Assembly: GCF_004010195.1 (NCBI RefSeq)
Contig: NC_057750.1
Location: 12,189,144-12,253,143 of the forward strand
Direction: 5' to 3'
DNA from: Chiloscyllium plagiosum
Lineage: Eukaryota
Length of the DNA stretch: 64,000 nucleotides
Shown one piece after another: positions 51,221 through 63,533 of this stretch. Each line of letters opens with the position of its first letter. The first letter of the stretch is position 1. The notes beneath the pieces were generated by a model. It saw only the letters and a program-made list of their open reading frames with translations, ran no database searches and was not told the origin of the DNA. A program made the position numbers and the translations under genes.

Positions 51221-51284
51221 TCATTCCTTCTTGGGTTTCCCTTATACATTTTTCATTCCTTCTTGGGTTTCCCTTATACATTTT
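51221..51284. repeat. Perfect 32-bp tandem duplication
   Basis: tcattccttcttgggtttcccttatacatttt x2. Confidence 0.95.
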
Positions 51285-51750
51285 CCTCTCTAAACCAAGG
51301 TTCATGCATCCGCTTGCATCTTCAGTTCAAGCCTCAGTCTTACTGTGAAGTTTATTTTATAATTGTAGTGTACTTCCAACTTGTTTCAAAGGAAGAGGAT
51401 GCTTTTAAAACTGAGCAGAGTTGCTTAAGTCCTTTCATGACACAAAAAGACCAGTTTGAATCTGTTTTCGGATGATCACAACTAGCTCTAGGTGGACACC
51501 TGATTGACCACAGAATAATAAAAACAACTATTACCTGAACTGGGCCTGGGTCAGCTAATTAAGCAGTGCTGAGAGGCTCTTTAATTAAAAGATGATTTAT
51601 GCAGGGTTGAGCTTTAAGATGCATTTTCTACCAAAGACTAGATAACTCCATTACAATGCCTGCCTGTCACGAGAGTAGCTTTACTCTAAAACCTTTATTC
51701 AAATGAATGAATTTAACAGGGAGTTAAGGTTTATAACCTTAACTGTTATA

Positions 51751-52046
51751 TTAGATTCCCTACAGTGTGGAAGTAGGCCCTTTGGCCCAACAAGTCCACA
51801 CTGACCCTCCGAAGACCAACCCACCCAGACCCATTCCCCTACATTTACCCCTTCACCTAACACTATGGGCAATTTAGCATGGCCAATTCACCTAACCTGC
51901 ACATCTTTAGACTGTGGGATGAAACTGGAGCACCCGGAGGAAACCCCCGCAGACACGGGGAGAATGTGCAAACTCCACACAGACAGTTGCCCGAGACAGG
52001 AATTGAACCTGGGTCCCTGGCACCGTGAGGCAGCAGTGCTAACCAC
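51751..52046 (-). mobile_element. HE1-type V-SINE
   Basis: Reverse complement of the HE1 head, V-domain and tail. Confidence 0.92.
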
Positions 52047-53067
52047 TAAGCCTCCGTGCTGCTCCCGTGCCTTATGATAAGCTAAATGGCTGAGTGAGAG
52101 ATGGAGGTTTGATTCACTCCAAACTTTTACAACAAATTGCTAATAGCATATGTCTGTCTTAATCTGGTGTGATCATTATTATTTGGTGTCGGTCAGAGCT
52201 CAACCAGTAGCAGGGTGAAAGTCTGAAAGTTGTGGGTTCAGGTCCTACTGCAGACGTGCAGTTACATAATGCAGACTGATACTTGAGATAGTGGGACAGT
52301 GGTCACATCGCTGGTCTAGTATTCCAGAGCCTAGGACCAGCCTTCACTCCACTGTGTGCAGGCAAATTGGCATGCTGATGAAGAATTCCAGTATCAGAAG
52401 TCCCTGCTGCTGCACAGACCTTGGAGGTCCATATAGCAGAAAAGGAAATTAAGGGGAATGTAGCATACAATTTGTGGAGAGTTGAGGACATAACTTCAAA
52501 TTCCACTAACAATTGGTGGAATTCAAATTTGATTAAGAAATTAATAGTTAGCCATCAGTGATGGTGACCTTTGCTATTGTTGATTATTACAAGATGTCTC
52601 TCTGATTTGTTAATCAGTGAAGGAAATCTGTTGTAAGAACAATAAAAGCCGGAGAAACTGTTCTGAAAATATTTTTATGAGAGTTCATCAACCTGAAATG
52701 GGAACTCAGTTTCTTTCCACAAATGCTGCCGGATGTGTTGAGTTTCCCAAGCCCTTTTTGTTCTTAATCTGATTCCCAACAACTGCATTATTTTGCATTT
52801 GTATTCAGGAACAGTGCCATCCTTTTCTGGCTTGGGTTACATTTGAATGCAGATCAACTGCAATGTGGCTGGTCTTAACAGCTGTCAAGGCAATTATGGA
52901 TGGGCACCAAATGTCTATCCTATGAATAAATATAAAGGAACTCCAGTGCACTGCTGAGTAAGTTCTTCATTATCGGAGGTGCTGTGTTTCATATTCTCTC
53001 TTCCCTCTCAGCTGACTAAACAAATTCTTGACAACGATTTGAAAAGTAGGAGAATTCTATCCTTTCC

Positions 53068-53068
<1 letters not shown>

Positions 53069-53099
<31 letters not shown>

Positions 53100-53118
53100 T
53101 CTTTGTCTCTCTCTCTCT
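53069..53118. repeat. (TC)n microsatellite, followed by a PLE pLTR at about 53190-53312 (+)
   Basis: tctctc run; cagttCTGAAGAaggatcactggactc at 53208. Confidence 0.8.
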
Positions 53119-54265
53119 TTCTGAACTCTGTTTCTACCACCCATTCACTCCTTTTCCCTTCCATCTGCTGTCATCAAGATAACTACCACTTTTTTTCTAG
53201 ATGCTATCAGTTCTGAAGAAGGATCACTGGACTCAAAGCATTAACTATGTTTACTCTCCACGGATGCTGCCAGACCTGTAGAGTTTCTCCAACAATTTCT
53301 GTTTTTGTTTCAGAATTCTCCCTGGTGCTCTGGTCAACATGAATGCTTTATCTAACATTACTGAGAAAACAAATCTAGTTTCTTTTGTAGGGTGCTTTAT
53401 GTAACAGAGCTCAACAAACTGGAGATTAATCCAGGAAGCAATGTGTTCATGATGGAAGTCTTATTCTGGTAGAGTCTGATGGGCTGAATGACTTCCACTT
53501 GCTGTGGCTCACTACTGTGACTGGGAGTGTCGCAGAAAGATTGTAGCTTCAGATTTATCATAGGCTCTGGGCTGAGACTCATTCATTTTGAAAGAGTCTG
53601 GAATTGAACTGAAGGCAGATGTAATATTGATCACTCAAAAGTGTAAATTTCTGCAGATTTGTGAAATTAATTCTGGCAGTAGGTGACAGGAGGAAGAGGA
53701 ATTTATTCTGAACTACACAGCCACTGTAGAATGAACAGGGAATTAAAGTCATATTGCTTTTGAAGAAGTCTTGATCCCCACTTGGTTTTGGGCAGTAATT
53801 GAGTTGAATATGAGATGCAGATCTGTTAATCGATACGGATTAATTTTTGTGGGTTACCCAGCATGTGGGATTTTTCTGGGATTTTCTTTCTCTACCATTT
53901 GCCCTAATAGGCAGTGATTCTTCAAAAATAAATGGCAATAATTATATTTTCTGTCCTTTCATTACTGAATGGAAGGTGGGCTGACATGTCACTAAGGCCC
54001 AGCATTGCTGTGGAGCACAAAGGTGTACAGAGAAGTCTCTCCAAAAGGAAGGTTTTCTAACACTCCACAGTTGTCATGAAGTCTTTACTAATTGAAGATA
54101 AATCACCAAATAACTACTACAAGCATGGTACCTCAGTAAAAATGTTCATCAGGGCATTAATGAAATTGTGGGGTGGATTTTACACCTCCTCCGAAACATT
54201 GGTCAACATCTTACCAATCCAGTTGCCCTGAAGTAATAATATGGAGATGGCAGCCTTATTTAGTG

Positions 54266-54628
54266 AGTTGTGAGATTTGTAGCTCAGGTTGAGGTTCTGG
54301 ATGTAGGTTTGCTCGCTGAGCTGGGAGGTTCATTTCCAGATGTTTTGTCACCCTACTAGGTAACATCTTCAGTGGACCTCGGGCGAAGTAGTGTACATGA
54401 TTCCAACCGGAACTCTATCAACAAACACATCAAGTTAGACCCCATTTACCATCCCCTGAGAAAAAGGACAGGAAATGACATCACCAACCCAAAGAAACCC
54501 AAACATATAAATAGAAAGCAGGAATCATGTACACTGTTTCGCCTGAGGCCCATTGAAGATGTCACCTAGTAGGGTGATGAGATGTCTGGAAATGAACCTC
54601 CCAGCTCAGCAAGCAAACCTACATCCAG
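54266..54628 (+). mobile_element. Penelope-like element (third family) with inverted pLTR and perfect 14-bp TSD
   Basis: agccttatttagtg at 54252-54265 and 54629-54642; arms 54297-54400 and 54525-54628 are inverted; central NRNSINKHIKLDPIYHPL resembles the end of a GIY-YIG domain. Confidence 0.85.
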
Positions 54629-54671
54629 AGCCTTATTTAGTGGACAGTGAGACTTGCTGCCCCTCAGGAAC

Positions 54672-54997
54672 GGGGCGGCACGGTGGCACAGTGGTTAGCA
54701 CTGCTGCCTCACAGCGCCAGAGACCCGGGTTCACTTCCCGCCTCAGGCGACTGACTGTGTGGAGTTTGCACGTTCTCCCCGTGTCTGCGTGGGTTTCCTC
54801 CGGGTGCTCCGGTTTCCTCCCACAGTCCAAAGATGTGCAGGGTCAGGTGAATTGGCCGTACTAAATTGCCCGTAGTGTTAGGTAAGGGGTAAATGTAGGG
54901 GTATGGGTGGGTTCGCTTCGGCGGGTCGGTGTGGACTTGTTGGGCTGAAGGGCCTGTTTCCACACTGTAATGTAATCTAATCTGTAATCTAATCTAA
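54672..54997 (+). mobile_element. HE1-type V-SINE, full length and young (CpGs retained)
   Basis: ggggcggcacggtggcacagtggttagcactgc..., AATCT tail. Confidence 0.95.
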
Positions 54998-56088
54998 TAG
55001 GATATCACGCCTCGAAAAGAACTATTGGCCAATCCGATTATCCAATAGTGTTGTGTTTTAGCAATCCCAGAAAGGAGTAGTGGCCATCACTGGGTCACTA
55101 CAATCTGCCCAATTTCTTACAGACTTCAGGTGAGTTCAAGGATTTTTGGGGGGAATAACTTGGAAACCCCAGTACGGAATTGTAGATGGTTGGCTTGGAG
55201 GGAGGAAAGGGGAGTGTGCACATTGGAGTTCCCCAAAGGTGGTACCCTCTCTTTCCCACCCACTAGCAGCCCACACAGTGAACGTTGTGAGTTTGCTTGC
55301 TGTGTCATTGCCTCCTGTCCTCCCAAGACTGAAAAAAATGCATTAAGAGTTCAAATTTGGCGTTTGGGTGACAATCAGCTGAAGGGTTTCAGTAGGTCGA
55401 AGGGTAGCGGGGCTACCTAGCACCTTACTTGTATGAAATCCCATGGGGGCATATTGGAGTGGGTGGATTGTGCCAGGCTAACCACCCACTTTATATTATA
55501 TGATCCCCCTTGAAATGCACTATTCAGGGTGGGGAAGATCCATACAATTTACTCCTGTGTTACTAAGACAGATGTTTTGTGCACTTTTGTCGATAGTCAT
55601 AAAAATATTGTAAGTGGGAACAATGTGGTCAAATTAAGTTAAGCATCATCCAATTGGATTATGGATTGATTTATGAGAAGGTGAATCAAGGATGGAAGTG
55701 TTGAGTGACCAATGTGAGGAGTGTAGTGAGCTGGGCAATTGGCATTACTGTGGGAGAATCTCCAGGAATAGCTGTAAATGGAGTTGAAAGTTATGCTAGA
55801 GGGAGTGCAGAAGGCCATCAATTATATACCTACTTCCTCAGCTGTCAAGATTTTTTTATTATGTTGGTTTGACATTTGAACCTGCGTCATTACCACCGCT
55901 CCTCATAAGGTGCACAAATGGCCTCTAGCAAATGGGTGTCCTGTCTGAACTCAACCTGACCAGGCCAGCCTCACACGAATCAACAGTGGGCAAGTTATGT
56001 TAAAATATCTTAATTCACAGGATATGGAGAGTGCAGTTAATGCCAATTGACCCTTTAGAAGGAGGTGGTAAACAGCTGTACTCAAGTG

Positions 56089-56287
56089 CTGCTGGAAAAA
56101 CAAAGCTGGTCAGGCAGCATCCGAGGAGTGGGAAAATTGACATTTTGAGCATAAGCTCTTCATCAGGAAAGGGCTTATGCTCGAAACACCGATTCTCCTG
56201 CTCCTCAGATGCTGCCTGACCGGCTGTGCTTTTCCAGCACCACACTCTTCAACTCTGATCTCCAGCATCTGCAGTCCTCATTTTCTC
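56089..56287. mobile_element. Fold-back PLE cassette with 13-bp TSD
   Basis: ctgtactcaagtg (56076-56088) / ctgtattcaagtg (56288-56300); apex cttcatcagg|aaagggcttatgctcgaaac. Confidence 0.85.
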
Positions 56288-56918
56288 CTGTATTCAAGTG
56301 GTGCGGACTAGATGAGTACAAATCTCAGAACCTCTCCTTACCATTTATATAACTGAGGGCTTTCTCTGCAGCTAGAATCTCTTCTTGTTGGCATTACTGT
56401 AAAAGTTAATGGTTCTGAATGGGTTAATCTTCATGTTACAAAGGCTTCACCCATTCTACTGATGTCACACTCTATGCATGTGTGTGTAGCTTTTGGAGGC
56501 TGATGATATATCCGAACCAGCCCTCCTTGCCCTGTTAATAATGCCTGACCAAATATAGTTGCACCTATTGCTATTGTGCACTAAACCTCTCCTGTGGATG
56601 CTCTATGGTGGTGAATCTTCAGTTACGAATTCGGCCCAGGGCAAAGGAGGATTGGGCAGCAAACTACCTCAAACAATCTTTACCCAGTACTCCATCCTGG
56701 GTGGCATCCGGGAAAATCCATACCATGTTTAACAGAGAGCAGGGAAGCATACTGTAGGGTTACACTGGTTAAAATAAATCATTTCATGTCATAAATATTT
56801 TTTCCCGCCCTTGCAGTGCATTAAAAATGATTTGCTTATATAAATCCTGTCATAAGCTTCAGGCACCCAACAATGCTATGCAGCCAATTAAGTGCTTATA
56901 AGTACAGTTGCTGTTGTA

Positions 56919-57341
56919 CATAGAACATAGAACATTACAGCGCAGTACAGGCCCATCGGCCCTCGATGTTGTGCCGACCTGTGGAACCAATCTGAAGCCT
57001 ATCTATCCTACACTGCTCCATTTTCATCCATATTCCTATCCAATGACCATTTAATGCCCTTAATGTCGGCGAGTCTACTACTATTGCAGGCAGTGTCTTC
57101 CACCCCCGTACCACTCTCTGAGTAAATAAACTACCTCTGATATTTGACTTATATCTATCAGCTCTCAATTTAAAGCTATGTTCCCTCATGCTCGCCATCA
57201 CCATCCGAGGAAAAAGGCTCTCACCGTCCACCTGATCTAACCCTCTGATTATCTTGTTTGTCTCAATTAAGCCACCTCTCAACCTTCTTCTCTCTAACGA
57301 AACCAGCCTCAAGTCCCTCAACCTGCCCTCATAAGACCTTC
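56919..57341 (-). mobile_element. CR1 3' fragment with 8-bp TSD, inserted in a DeuSINE (about 56825-57610, minus)
   Basis: ctgttgta at 56911-56918 and 57342-57349; SYEGRLRDLRLVSLERRRLRGGLIE. Confidence 0.9.
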
Positions 57342-58499
57342 CTGTTGTAGTGTAGAAAGCACAACAGCCAATTTGCACACCACAAACCTCCACACACCAC
57401 AATGCAAGAATGCCCAAATTATTTTTGTTTCATGTTGTTGAATAAGGGATTAATATTGGTTAGAATACCAAAGGGAACTGTGTCAGTGGTGACAGTGGAA
57501 TTTTTCTAAATCGCCTGAGAGGGTGGCGAACCACTTGTGAACATCTTAGCTGTAGCCTGACAGCTCAGCAGTCCTTCCGTCGTGTGTTGGTGCGTCAGCC
57601 CAGATTATGTGGCTATGTTTCTGGGTTAGTTTTCAGGACACCAGTTCATCTAATTGTCATAATGGAATCTATTACTTATACCTGAGAGAGAAGATGACCT
57701 GTATTTTAACAGTTTGACTGGAGGGCACTGACTCAATCAATGCAGCATTTCCCCCATGTTGCAGTGCAGTCAGCCTGGATTGTGCATTTCTGGATCAACG
57801 ATTTGCATCCCCAAATCTCTGAAACTGGGTTGAGATTACTACCCTGTGCATCCAAGTAATGCTTACTACATCAGCTACTGGCTATGCTTAAGGAAAATGT
57901 CTACCGTCAACAGTTTATTATGCATGATCTGAGTGTGTAAATTCTCCGTCTCTTGCTCAGCTGATACTTATCTCCTTTTATCATAAAGTGGGCCTGTTCA
58001 GATGACCTGAATTTAATGTAGAGTTAATCTTTCAGAGAAAAGCTACTCACTTAACAGATAGTCACTACAGTGGAATTATCCGCTTTTCACTGGTAAATGC
58101 ATCTTAAACCTCAACCGTGCATAAATCCTCTTTCAGTTAAAGAGCCTTTCAGCACTGCCTAAGTAGCTGACCTAAACCCAGTACAGGCAATTGCTGGTTT
58201 TATTAATCTGTGGTCAATCACGTGGGTTTTGGAATCCCTGTCTCATTCAACTCCCTGTTCACCCATCAAAGGTGCCATGCATCAGTACAACCTTAATACG
58301 ATTTGTCCTACAAGGAATAACATGCTCAGAATGTAATATCTTTGATCAAAATACTTTGGGTAGAAAATGTGGCCTTTGAATTGGGAAACATTTGAATGTA
58401 CAAGTTATTGCTCTCGAAGGCTCAATCGTATTGTTATTCTCTTCCTTGTTCAAATCAGGTATATTATGTCTGGAAGAAAGAATGTTTGGGTAACTTTTT

Positions 58500-58833
58500 T
58501 TATTCATTCAGGCTTTGAGGGTGTCATTGGCTAGGTCAGCACTTGTTGCCCATCCTTGATTGCCTAGAGGGAAGTTAGGAATTAACAACATTGCTAAGGG
58601 TATGGAGTCACATGTGGGCTAGACTGGGTAAGGATGGCAGTTTCCTCCATTAATGAACCAGATGAATTTTTCCAACAATCGACATTGGTTTCATGGTCAT
58701 CATTAGGACTCAATTCCAGATTTTTATTGAATTCAAATTTCACCATCTGCCCTGATGGGATTTGAATTCAGATTCCCAGAACATTACCTCGGTCTCTGAA
58801 TTAACGATCCAGTAATAATGTCACTCGGCCACT
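58500..58833 (-). mobile_element. Full-length tRNA-headed SINE-like derivative of the Zenon-like LINE
   Basis: On the minus strand: head gtggccgagtgac..aattcaaatccc, body and tail gggcaacaagtgctg. A LINE 3' fragment follows at about 58945-59225. Confidence 0.75.
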
Positions 58834-59477
58834 GAGCAAGTGTAAGACTTAGTTCCTTTTGAAAGCTCCAACCTACTGGACATTGGCATTCTCTAAAGCA
58901 GTCCTGAAATGATTGGAGCAGGATACCTCTAAGATGTTTTAAATGTATTCATTAACAAGATGCTGGTTGAATGCCATTATTCATCCTTGGAAAGGTGATG
59001 GTGAGATGCTTCTTGAGCCATTGCAGTCGATGTGGTGTAGGTACAGCCACCGTGCTGTTCCGGAGGGAGCTCCAGGATTCTGACCTAGTGAAAATGAAAG
59101 AACGAGGATGTATTCCCAATTCAGGATGCTAAGTGGCTAGCAAGGGTACTTGCAGATGATGGGGGTTCCCATGCACCTGCTGCCCTTGTCTTTCTAGGTG
59201 GTAGAGGTTGTGGGTTTGGTAGGATAGAAAGTCAGAAAGAAAACTTTAAAGTAAACTAAAGCAAGCGTTGGTCTCTTAGAAAAAGAGAGAGCCAAAAGTA
59301 TTATGGAGAACAAGAAAATGTCAGGAATACTCAACAGACATTTCGCATGTGTTTTCACACCAGAAGTTATATACCAGAAATAAAAGGTAATCTAAGTGCT
59401 AATAACACTAAGGAAGTTAAGGTAATCAGTAAAAAAAAAACTACTGGAGAAATTGAATGGACTAAAATGTAAAACAC

Positions 59478-60530
59478 AAAAGTTTTGAGTCCAGTGATGC
59501 TTTTTCAGAACAACTAGCAACTAGGCAAGGGTATTTATGCTGATGTCTTGTGCAGAGTGAGGGTAAGGAGTGCTTGGATAGGTGGAGAGGGAACCCAGAG
59601 AAAGAGAGGAAAAAAAAGGTTAGTCAGACTAAGGGATTGAGATAGGCAAAAGTGAGGAATGTAGATACTGGAGATCAGAGTCAAGATTAGAGTGGTGCTG
59701 GAAAAGCACAAAAGGTCAGGCAGCATCCGAGGAGCAGGAAAATCGCCGTTTCGCGCAAAAGCCCTTCATTCCTGATGAAGGGCTTTTGCCCAAAATGTCA
59801 ATTTTCCTGCTCCTCGGATGCTGTCTGACCTGCTGTGCTTTTCCAGCACCACTCTCAGGGATTGAGATAGCAAGGGCAGGGAAGAAAAGTTAGGTAGGTG
59901 ATAATGGGGGCTATCAGTGAGTGAAAATAAGTTGATTGTGCTGAAAGTGACTCATATCATGATAGGACCATTAGTGTGGGGGTGGGTAAAAGATTTGAAA
60001 GGAGGTGTTCATGCTGTAAAATTATTAAACTCGATACTGAAGTCCTGAAGGCTGTAATGCCCCCTAGTAGAAGATGAGGTATTGTTCTTCTAGTTTGCAT
60101 GGTCTTGCTGGGGCACTTGCAGCAGGCCTGAGACAGAAATGTTGGCATGGGAACATGGTCGTGTGTTGAAGTGACAGACAGCTGGAAGCTTGGAGTCCGA
60201 CAAAACATAAGTGTTCTGCAACACAATTGCCCAGTCAGTGTTTTGTCTCCCCACTGTAAGGGAGACTACATTGTGAGCAGCAAATAGAGTGGACTAGATG
60301 AGTGAGATTTAGGTCAATCACATTATTTGGAAGGTGTACTTGGGGCCTTGGATGGTGAGGCACGAGGAGGTATCTTGTTGCATCTTCTGCAATTGCATGG
60401 AAGATACTGTGGGGATGTTGGGAGGTTTTGAGAATAGACTGGGGGTCCTGGAGTGAATGGTACCTGCAAAATGCTGATAGTGGAGGGGACAGGAAATATG
60501 TTTCTGGTGGAAATGACAGCTTATGATCAC
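59478..60530 (-). mobile_element. Old Penelope-like element 3' part with GIY-YIG
   Basis: ORF 60235..60543 LVHSICCSQCSLPYSGETKH; pLTR gagtccagtgatgctttttcagaac at about 59488. Confidence 0.7.
59646..59856. mobile_element. Fold-back PLE cassette with perfect 14-bp TSD, nested in the older PLE
   Basis: agggattgagatag at 59632-59645 and 59857-59870; apex gcccttcat-tcctg-atgaagggc. Confidence 0.9.
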
Positions 60531-60689
60531 TAAAATGTGACATTCTCGTGTGACCTACTACCTGGACTGCTGAAGGAGGTATCTGTTGAGATAGTGGATG
60601 AACTGGTTAAAGTTTATTTTATTCTGGAATGGTCCCCACAGACTCAAAGATATTAAGTAAATTTATTTCTTTATGAGAGTGAAACAAAC

Positions 60690-62400
60690 ATGCACTCTAT
60701 AGGAGCAACTCAGCAGGTTTGGCAGCATCTGCCGATAGAGAAACCAAAGTTAACATTTCAAGACTAGTATAACTCTTCTCTAGAATTGAAAGGGATTGCA
60801 AATATTTTTTAATATGCTTTTGACAGAGATGGAGAAAGAGCAAGGAGACAGGTGGTGGAAGGGCAAAAGATAAAGGGGTGAATAATGATGAAAGAGAAGA
60901 AAGATATTAAACAGGAGTGAATCAAGCGGTGAAAAGGAGAGAATGGGTCTTCTTTACTAAGAGCAAAGTCAGCCAGTAAAGACTGTGGGGACAGGAGGGG
61001 AGAAGGAAGATTTCTTAAAAAATAGAGAACAGGCATAATATTTTCAGCTTCTGAAGTTATGGAATTAAATGGGAGAGGCCTCAGGGCAGTAAAACAGAAA
61101 ATTAGGTTTTCCTTCAGGTTGCATTATACTACATTGGAATATTACAGCAAGTCCGGTATAGAAATGTTTGCATGAGAGCCAAAGAGTTTGTTGAAATGCC
61201 AGCAACGGGAAGACCAGGGTCATTCCAACAGTAGCAGAGTTGTGCCACACAGCAGTCACCTAGTCTGTGTAAAAGAGACCACATTGTCAGCAGCTAATGC
61301 AGTGGACAAGATTGAATGAAATACAAGTAAGTCGCTGATTCACCTGGGGACCTTGGACAGTGAGGAGGGAGGAGTGAGCAGACAAATATTACATATTCTG
61401 CGAGTGCATTGGAGAGTGCTATGAGGGAGTGAGAAAACATTAGGAATGATGGAGTAGTGGACTGCGGTGTGGAATGCTGACAGTGGTGGAGAGGGTAAGA
61501 GGGGTTTGGTGGTGACATCCAGCTAGAGGTTGTCAGAATGGCAGAGGATGATTCTTTGAATGTGGAGATCAGGGTGTGGAAAGTAAAGACAAGGGGAACC
61601 CTGTTCTTGTTTCCAAGAAGGAGGGGAAGGGGTGAGGACAAAAGTACAAAAGATGGACTGTACACGGCTGGAGGTCTTGTCAAGCACAGTGGGGGGATTT
61701 CTCAGTTGATGAAGAAAAGGAGGTCAATTTGGAGGCAACCTTGTAGAAGGCATTATCAGAACAGATGCATTGGAGGCAGTGAAACTCAGTGAATGGAATT
61801 GTTGCAAAAAGCAGGCTGTGAGGAAGTATAATTGAGGTAACTATGGTCAGTGGTCTTGAAATAGATATTGAGGGCAGCCTATTCACAGACGTGGAAACAG
61901 TGAGATCAAGGAAGGGAAGGGAAGAATTAGAGATGGACCAGGCAAAGGTAGGCAAATGTTGGAAATTCGAAGCAAAATTGATGTATTGTTCCAATTCCAG
62001 ATGAGAGCAGAAAGCAGCACCAAATACATCATCAATGTATTGAAGAAAGAGTTTTGTTGGGGGCCCAAGTCTGGCTGAAACAAAGAATATTCCAAATACC
62101 TGAGAAAGAGATTGGCATAACTGGGACCCAATGCCACACTTCTGAGTTGGAGAAGATAGGGATGAGTTAAAGAAGAAGTCGCTCAAACTAAGAACAAACT
62201 CAGCCTGATGAAGGAAGATGATAATGGATGAAGACTATGCAACCCTCTTCTCAAGGAAGGGGAGGAGATCCTTCAGACCATTCTAATGGGAAAAGACAAA
62301 TAGAGATGCGTGTCTATGGTAAAGAGGGGTGGCTAGATCCAGAAAATTGGAAATTGTGGAACTTACGTAAAGCTTCAGAAAAATCATGAATTTCTCTCCT
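60690..62400 (-). mobile_element. Decayed Penelope-like element (RT, GIY-YIG and pLTR)
   Basis: ALGPSYANLFLRYLE, LFLQYIDDVFG, SLPFLDLTVS, RVPLVFTFH (PLE RT and thumb motifs). Confidence 0.85.
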
Positions 62401-63226
62401 CTGTGTGACAGAGGGCCGGGCAGTTGAGTATGTGAGAAGGAACTACAGGAGGTGAGATGCATCTTTTATTTAAAAGTGCCCCTTAACATGGTGAACCCAA
62501 GGACTCGAATAAAACTCAAGAGACCAAAACACAAGTCTTGAAGTGGGTATTAATATTTTACCTGGGAGTCAGTGTTTTATCTATTCTGTGGTTGATTAAA
62601 TTTTTTTTTTAAATTATGTTGCAGGTGTTAAACTTTCACTGGCTTGTGGAAGGGAGCGAGGTGTTTATGACCTTGTGGTTGGAATAGATACAATTTTTGT
62701 CCTGCGTTATCTTATTTGCTTTATATATTTTTTAAGCTTCCAGTGTGGTAGTACAAGTTCTTCACCATTTTGAGAAAGATTTAGGTTCTTTGTGCAAGAC
62801 ACAGGTTCTAATTGAGTGTTAAATCCTTTGCGTATACAAATAATAAGCTTTCCATCTGTTTTAGTCCCTCCAGCCCACTGCCACCACATTACAATGTTGG
62901 TTTGCTTTGAGGCAACCAGCAAGTGAGTGAACTTGGAATCAAGGTATGTATTTGAATTTTACTTTCCTGAATTGGAGCCAGAAATCTTCTTCACAGCCCC
63001 CAGATTTAAAAAGAATGCCTTTGGCTCCACTCCCCAAACCAGGTTACTCCATTTCCCCAGTGGGGAAAATGGTGGTATAGTGGTATTGTCAGTGGAATCC
63101 AGAAATGCTCTAGGAGCATGGGCTCAAACCCCACCATGGCAGCTGGTGGAATTTGAATTCAGTTGATAAATCTGGAGTTGAAAGCTCTTGGTGATGGTAA
63201 TGATGGCAACTCTAATTCTATAACTA

Positions 63227-63533
63227 GGGTGGCATGGTGGCTTAGTGGTTAGCACTGCTGCCTCACAGCACCAGGGTCCCAGGTTCAATTCCAGCATCGG
63301 GGCGACTATCTGTGTGGAGTTTGCACATTCTCCCCATGTTTGCATGGATTTCCTCTGGGTGCCCCGGTTTCCTCCCACTTTCCAAAGATGTGCAGGTCAG
63401 GTGAATTGGCAATGCGAAATTGTTAGGTGCATTAGTCAGAGGGAAATGGGTCTGGGTGGGTTACTCTTCAGAGGATCGGTGTGGACTTGTTGGGCCGAAG
63501 GGCCTGTTTCCACACTGTCGGGAATCTAATCTA
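63227..63533 (+). mobile_element. HE1-type V-SINE inserted in a tRNA-headed SINE-like copy (about 63065-63210 and 63535-63740)
   Basis: HE1 head, V-domain and tail; the flanks give the Zenon-derived head tggtatagtgg..gggctcaaacccc and tail atggcctagcaagcccgtcagttccaaggcagttgggg. Confidence 0.88.

Noticed and set aside
51715..51747. Hairpin agttaaggtt-tat-aaccttaact (also 11272-11313)
   Set aside because: Short isolated palindromes with no other support, expected occasionally by chance or from old MITE decay.
54672..54745. tRNA-like sequence (also at the other HE1 heads)
   Set aside because: It continues into the V-SINE body and CR1-like tail, so it is a SINE head and not a tRNA gene.
54168..55545. 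GC-moderate block flanking the PLE and HE1 inserts, possibly an old non-autonomous DNA transposon (similarly about 25720-26650)
   Set aside because: I could not define termini or a TSD from the sequence alone.
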